Of a stretch of DNA of 64,000 bases, positions 58,601 through 64,000 are shown piece by piece. The stretch covers positions 62,001 through 126,000 of the forward strand of contig OZ059894.1 in NCBI GenBank assembly GCA_964057225.1, written 5' to 3'. Both the position numbers and the translations under genes were made by a program. How positions within the stretch are numbered: the first letter of the stretch is position 1; every line of letters begins with the position of its first letter. The stretch comes from Auanema rhodensis (Eukaryota > Animalia > Nematoda). Below the pieces are notes generated by a model that searched no databases, was not told where the DNA came from, and saw nothing but the letters and a program-made list of their open reading frames with translations.

Positions 58601-61600
58601 TATCAATAAAAATTTGTTTTTAGACTAATATGGACATGGGGAATCTAATTTTGAAAACTGCATCTCTTCATCTTTTACATGAAGCGAGTTACATACCAAG
58701 TGCACATCACGTGTACATTTAATTAGCATAAATTAAAGTTCACGTAAATTTCAAAGTCATGGATACCATGAACCAATATCAATAAAAATTTGTTTTTAGA
58801 CTAATATGGACATGGGGAATCTAATTTTGAAAACCGCATCTCTTTATCTTTTACGTGAAGCGAGTTACATACCAAGTGCACATCACGTGTACATTTAATT
58901 AGCATAAATTAAAGTTCACGTAAAATTCAAAGTCATGGTTACCATGCACCAATATCAATAAAAATTTGTTTTTAGACTAATATGGACATGGGGAATCTAA
59001 TTTTGAAAACCGCATCTCTTTATCTTTTACGTGAAGCGAGTTACATACCAAGTGCACATCACGTGTACATTTAATTAGCATAAATTAAAGTTCACGTAAA
59101 ATTCAAAGTCATGGTTACCATGCACCAATATCAATAAAAATTTGTTTTTAGACTAATATGGACATGGGGAATCTAATTTTGAAAACCGCATCTCTTTATC
59201 TTTTACATGAAGCGAGTTACATACCAAGTGCACATCACGTGTACATTTAATTAGCATAAATTAAAGTTCACGTAAAATTCAAAGTCATGGTTACCATGCA
59301 CCAATATCAATAAAAATTTGTTTTTAGACTAATATGGACATGAGGAATCTAATTTTGAAAACCGCATCTCTTTATCTTTTACGTGAAGCGAGTTACATAC
59401 CAAGTGCACATCACGTGTACATTTAATTAGCATAAATTAAAGTTCACGTAAAATTCAAAGTCATGGTTACCATGCACCAATATGAATAAAAATTTGTTTT
59501 TAGACTAATATGGACATGGGGAATCTAATTTTGAAAACCGCATCTCTTTATCTTTTACGTGAAGCGAGTTACATACCAAGTGCACATCACGTGTACATTT
59601 AATTAGCATAAATTAAAGTTCACGTAAAATTCAAAGTCATGGTTACCATGCACCAATATGAATAAAAATTTGTTTTTAGACTAATATGGACATGGGGAAT
59701 CTAATTTTGAAAACCGCATCTCTTTATCTTTTACGTGAAGCGAGTTACATACCAAGTGCACATCACGTGTACATTTAATTAGCATAAATTAAAGTTCACG
59801 TAAATTTCAAAGTCATGGTTACCATGAACCAATATTAATAAAAATTTGTTTTTAGACTAATATGGACATGGGGAATCTGATTTTGAAAACCGCATCTCTT
59901 TATCTTTCACGTGAAGCGAGTTACATACCAAGTGCACATCACGTGTACATTTAATTAGCATAAATTAAAGTTCACGTAAATTTCAAAGTCATGGTTACCT
60001 TGAACCAATATCAATAAAAATTTGTTTTTAGACTAATATGGACATGGGGAATCTAATTTTGAAAACCGCATCTCTTTATCTTTTACGTGAAGCGAGTTAC
60101 ATACCAAGTGCACATCACGTGTACATTTAATTAGCATAAATTAAAGTTCACGTAAATTTCAAAGTCATGGTTACCTTGAACCAATATCAATAAAAATTTG
60201 TTTTTAGACTAATATGGACATGGGGAATCTAATTTTGAAAACCGCATCTCTTTATCTTTTACGTGAAGCGAGTTACATACCAAGTGCACATCACGTGTAC
60301 ATTTAATTAGCATAAATTAAAATTCACGTAAATTTCAAAGTCATGGTTACCATGAACCAATATCAATAAAAATTTGTTTTTAGACTAATATGGACATGGG
60401 GAATCTGATTTTGAAAACCGCATCTCTTTATCTTTCACGTGAAGCGAGTTACATACCAAGTGCACATCACGTGTACATTTAATTAGCATAAATTAAAGTT
60501 CACGTAAAATTCAAAGTCATGGTTACCATGCACCAATATCAATAAAAATTTGTTTTTAGACTAATATGGACATGGGGAATCAAATTTTGAAAACCGCATC
60601 TCTTTATCTTTTACGTGAAGCGAGTAACATACCAAGTGCACATCACGTGTACATTTAATTAGCATAAATTAAAGTTCACGTAAATTTCAAAGTCATGGTT
60701 ACCATGAACCAATATCAATAAAAATTTGTTTTTAGACTAATATGGACATGGGGAATCTAATTTTGAAAACCGCATCTCTTTATCTTTTACGTGAAGCGAG
60801 TTACATACCAAGTGCACATCACGTGTACATTTAATTAGCATAAATTAAAGTTCACGTAAAATTCAAAGTCATGGTTACCATGCACCAATATCAATAAAAA
60901 TTTGTTTTTAGACTAATATGGACATGGGGAATCTAATTTTGAAAACCGCATCTCTTTATCTTTTACGTGAAGCGAGTTACATACCAAGTGCACATCACGT
61001 GTACATTTAATTAGCATAAATTAAAGTTCACGTAAAATTCAAAGTCATGGTTACCATGCACCAATATCAATAAAAATTTGTTTTTAGACTAATATGGACA
61101 TGGGGAATCTAATTTTGAAAACCGCATCTCTTTATCTTTTACGTGAAGCGAGTTACATACCAAGTGCACATCACGTGTACATTTAATTAGCATAAATTAA
61201 AGTTCACGTAAATTTCAAAGTCATGGTTACCATGAACCAATATCAATAAAAATTTGTTTTTAGACTAATATGGACATGGGGAATCTGATTTTGAAAACCG
61301 CATCTCTTTATCTTTCACGTGAAGCGAGTTACATACCAAGTGCACATCACGTGTACATTTAATTAGCATAAATTAAAGTTCACGTAAAATTCAAAGTCAT
61401 GGTTACCATCCACCAATATCAATAAAAATTTGTTTTTAGACTAATATGGACATGGGGAATCTAATTTTGAAAACTGCATCTCTTCATCTTTTACATGAAG
61501 CGAGTTACATACCAAGTGCACATCACGTGTACATTTAATTAGCATAAATTAAAGTTCACGTAAATTTCAAAGTCATGGTTACCATGAACCAATATCAATA

Positions 61601-62530
61601 AAAATTTGTTTTTAGACTAATATGGACATGGGGAATCTAATTTTGAAAACCGCATCTCTTTATCTTTTACGTGAAGCGAGTTACATACCAAGTGCACATC
61701 ACGTGTACATTTAATTAGCATAAATTAAAGTTCACGTAAAATTCAAAGTCATGGTTACCATGCACCAATATCAATAAAAATTTGTTTTTAGACTAATATG
61801 GACATGGGGAATCTAATTTTGAAAACCGCATCTTTTTATCTTTTACGTGAAGCGAGTTACATACCAAGTGCACATCACGTGTACATTTAATTAGCATAAA
61901 TTAAAGTTCACGTAAAATTCAAAGTCATGGTTACCATGCACCAATATCAATAAAAATTTGTTTTTAGACTAATATGGACATGGGGAATCTAATTTTGAAA
62001 ACCGCATCTCTTTATCTTTTACGTGAAGCGAGTTACATACCAAGTGCACATCACGTGTACATTTAATTAGCATAAATTAAAGTTCACGTAAATTTCAAAG
62101 TCATGGTTACCATGAACCAATATCAATAAAAATTTGTTTTTAGACTAATATGGACATGGGGAATCTAATTTTGAAAACCGCATCTCTTTATCTTTTACGT
62201 GAAGCGAGTTACATACCAAGTGCACATCACGTGTACATTTAATTAGCATAAATTAAAGTTCACGTAAATTTCAAAGTCATGGTTACCATGAACCAATATC
62301 AAAAAAAATTTGTTTTTAGACTAATATGGACATGGGGAATCTGATTTTGAAAACCGCATCTCTTTATCTTTCACGTGAAGCGAGTTACATACCAAGTGCA
62401 CATCCGTTCCGTTATGCTCTCACGTCGATCCTATAGACCAATAAAGCCTACAAGATGAGTGTGATAGTATTCCAGATGTAGCGGTAGATAAAGAGCATAA
62501 TGGATAAACATAAGACTCGAGAAAGAAAAG

Positions 62531-62536
62531 TTTATT
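62531..62536 (-). terminator. Putative polyadenylation signal AATAAA of the element
   Basis: TTTATT on the plus strand, followed on the minus strand by U-rich CTTTTCTTTC. Confidence 0.45.
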
Positions 62537-62558
62537 ATGTCTACATGATTACAATAAG

Positions 62559-62566
62559 TTATATAA
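62559..62566 (-). promoter_or_regulatory. Putative LTR TATA box
   Basis: TTATATAA palindrome inside the candidate LTR, about 25 nt upstream (minus strand) of AATAAA. Confidence 0.4.
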
Positions 62567-62741
62567 GTCTACATAAAGATATAAAGTGAAAGAGAGCTAA
62601 GAAAGGAAGACCAACCATCCATAGTCATTCCATAAGGCAAAGCAGAAGTCTGTGTTCCATATGAAGGGCGTGTCGTCCTCTCTCAGCCTCATGTCGTCTG
62701 ATTCTAACCCGCCTGCTACGTATTGATTTCCGAATGGAACG

Positions 62742-62753
62742 TGCCATTTTTTC
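62742..62753 (-). other. Putative polypurine tract (GAAAAAATGGCA)
   Basis: 10 of 12 bases are purines on the minus strand, directly abutting the candidate LTR start CGTTCC. The tract is short and imperfect. Confidence 0.35.
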
Positions 62754-63438
62754 GAGTTTATGTCGCGTCCTCGCGAATAGCAAAATATGTGGCTTGTTTC
62801 AATCGTAGCAGAAGGTTTAGTTTTAAAAAATAAAAATTACAATGTTAACATAAAAATAGTAAAGATAAATTACAATATAGTGTTAAACAATATTATCTGA
62901 AAATAACTTAATAAAAATTATTTGAAAATACGTGAATATTAAGGAATAAAACAATCTTTTAGAATACCAGGGCTATATTTTGTCAGCGAGAGTGCGCAAA
63001 ATAGCTTTTTAGGCACGACGCTGCATGTCTAACTTGTTTGAGTATAGAGAAACGAGAGTCATGCTATATTATCGATGGAGCTAGCATGTTTCTTCAGCGT
63101 ATTCAAAGCGAATTGTAATAATAAAAAAAAATTAAATTAAATCCCATATAATTTCCGGAATTGAATCATTAACTACTTGATAAGAACTGTTGCTCAGATG
63201 AATATGCAATATAATGTCTCTTATCTTTCATTTCTTCTTTATTTACGGGAAATTATTTGAAATTGATGAAGTTTTATAATCATATATGCTTTGAAACTGA
63301 AATGCTTTTTGATTATTAGCTTACATCTCGTCTTACTCAAGTTTTTCAATGATATAATAATATTAATAGCTCTGGTTTTTTAAAAGAGTGTTGATACAAA
63401 GTTTTACAATAATTTTATCAATCTCGAAATTATTTCTT

Positions 63439-63999
63439 TCATCGTCTTCTTCTTGGTGGTAGCCAATTTTGGTCCGATGGGTCTTCTGGTTCTGTTTCTT
63501 CACTAGAGTCATAGTTATCGTTACCATTTATGACTTTTATGATCTCAATATCGCTGTCGTCGTCCGTGTCATAAGTCGTTGTATTTGATCGCGTGTTTTG
63601 AGCGATTGTATGCTTCATTTTGCGTTCAAAAAGTTTGAGATTGTCTTTGTGTACGTCTTGAATTTTTCCAAATGGATTCTTGAGTTGTACCATGTTTCCT
63701 TCAACGTTGATGACTTCAAATGGTCCATCATATGATTTGCGAAGCTTTTGACCTGGTTTATGCGCTTTAATTGCTAACATAACTTGGTCTCCTTTTCGGA
63801 TATCTCTTTCTTCTATTCGTTGTCGTCCATCATGTTTTCTCTTCGCGGTTTCTTGATGTTTTGCAAGATTTTCTTGAATGATGGTTCTTCTTTCTCCTCT
63901 GATATATTCGGTATTCTCAATTTCTTCCAAGATCTCTGGTTGTAATGTCTCGGGGAATAATTCTTTGTCTAATCTCATACGACTTTCTTTTCCGAATAA
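63439..63999 (-). CDS. pol: C-terminal part of a gypsy-type Pol/integrase (end of catalytic core, GPY/F domain, acidic tail); 5'-partial
   Basis: The frame stays open upstream of the listed Met (LFGKESR-M), matching the typical 'LFGR' motif after the rve core. It also has KGDQVML, KLRKSYDGPFEVI (GPY/F motif) and VHKDNLKLF. The stop is TGA at 63441-63439. Confidence 0.9.
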   Translation of the reverse strand, partial: LFGKESRMRLDKELFPETLQPEILEEIENTEYIRGERRTIIQENLAKHQETAKRKHDGRQRIEERDIRKGDQVMLAIKAHKPGQKLRKSYDGPFEVINVEGNMVQLKNPFGKIQDVHKDNLKLFERKMKHTIAQNTRSNTTTYDTDDDSDIEIIKVINGNDNYDSSEETEPEDPSDQNWLPPRRRR

Positions 64000-64000
64000 T

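Larger units (their letters stand above)
1..62404 (+). repeat. 176-bp tandem satellite array (candidate centromeric/pericentromeric), about 354.7 copies, continuing left of the window
   Basis: Monomer GTTACCATG(A/C)A(C/G)CAATATCAATAAAAATTTGTTTTTAGAC...CACGTAAATTTCAAAGTCATG recurs at 1, 177, 353 and onward. Copy count: 116 monomers to 20416, one 126-bp monomer, 237 monomers from 20543 to 62281 (nine +3, one +1 and one -1 indels), then a 123-bp partial copy. Most copies differ by only a few SNPs. The repeat is certain; a centromeric role is inferred from monomer length, AT richness and homogeneity. Confidence 0.99.
62405..62741 (-). repeat. Candidate 3' LTR (337 bp) with non-canonical CG...CG termini
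   Basis: CGTTCCGTT at 62405-62413 starts exactly at the junction and is an 8/9 inverted match to AATGGAACG at 62733-62741. The minus strand carries TATATAA then AATAAA inside it, and a purine-rich tract lies just upstream. The second LTR is outside the window, so the call is unconfirmed. Confidence 0.55.
62405..64000 (-). mobile_element. 3' end of a Ty3/gypsy-type LTR retrotransposon inserted into the satellite; truncated by the window edge
   Basis: Abrupt mid-monomer junction ...GTGCACATC|CGTTCCG. The minus strand encodes an integrase C-terminus, followed by about 700 bp of AT-rich non-coding sequence and an LTR-like segment. Confidence 0.88.

Noticed and set aside
1-62404. CRISPR array or coding tandem repeat
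   Set aside because: There are no unique spacers, the whole 176 bp repeats, the length is not a multiple of 3, no ORFs are listed and no cas genes are present.
63217-63230. TCTCTTATCTTTCA resembling the satellite's TCTCTTTATCTTTCA (satellite derived from the element?)
   Set aside because: It is a short, gapped, low-complexity pyrimidine match with no flanking similarity, so probably chance.
63439-63627. Chromodomain or CENP-C motif at the integrase C-terminus
   Set aside because: There is no Y-x-V-K-W-x-G pattern or aromatic cage and no R...P..YW motif; the tail is acidic and low-complexity.
63439-63978. Stand-alone 179-aa gene starting at the listed Met
   Set aside because: The frame is open to the window edge (LFGKESR upstream), so this is the tail of a longer Pol/integrase.

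Overview
This is eukaryotic satellite DNA, not prokaryotic sequence. Positions 1-62404 are one head-to-tail array of a 176-bp monomer (about 32% GC). It holds 354 complete monomers plus a 123-bp partial one, all in the same orientation and very homogeneous, which resembles a centromeric or pericentromeric satellite. Private variants reveal a mosaic of local block duplications (offsets of 4, 14, 16, 17, 20, 25, 33 and 35 monomers), a left-to-right turnover of variants, nine 179-bp monomers, and one 126-bp monomer with a deletion plus templated insertion. At 62404/62405 the array is cut in mid-monomer, inside a CACGTG, by the 3' end of a minus-strand Ty3/gypsy-type element. Its integrase C-terminus (GPY/F domain) is open to the window edge and ends in an acidic tail with no chromodomain, carrying SIM-like and NLS-like motifs. 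A candidate 337-bp 3' LTR is bounded by non-canonical CGTTCC...GGAACG termini. The most interesting hypothesis is a satellite- or centromere-targeting retrotransposon with unusual termini and an undescribed targeting tail; this window alone cannot prove targeting.
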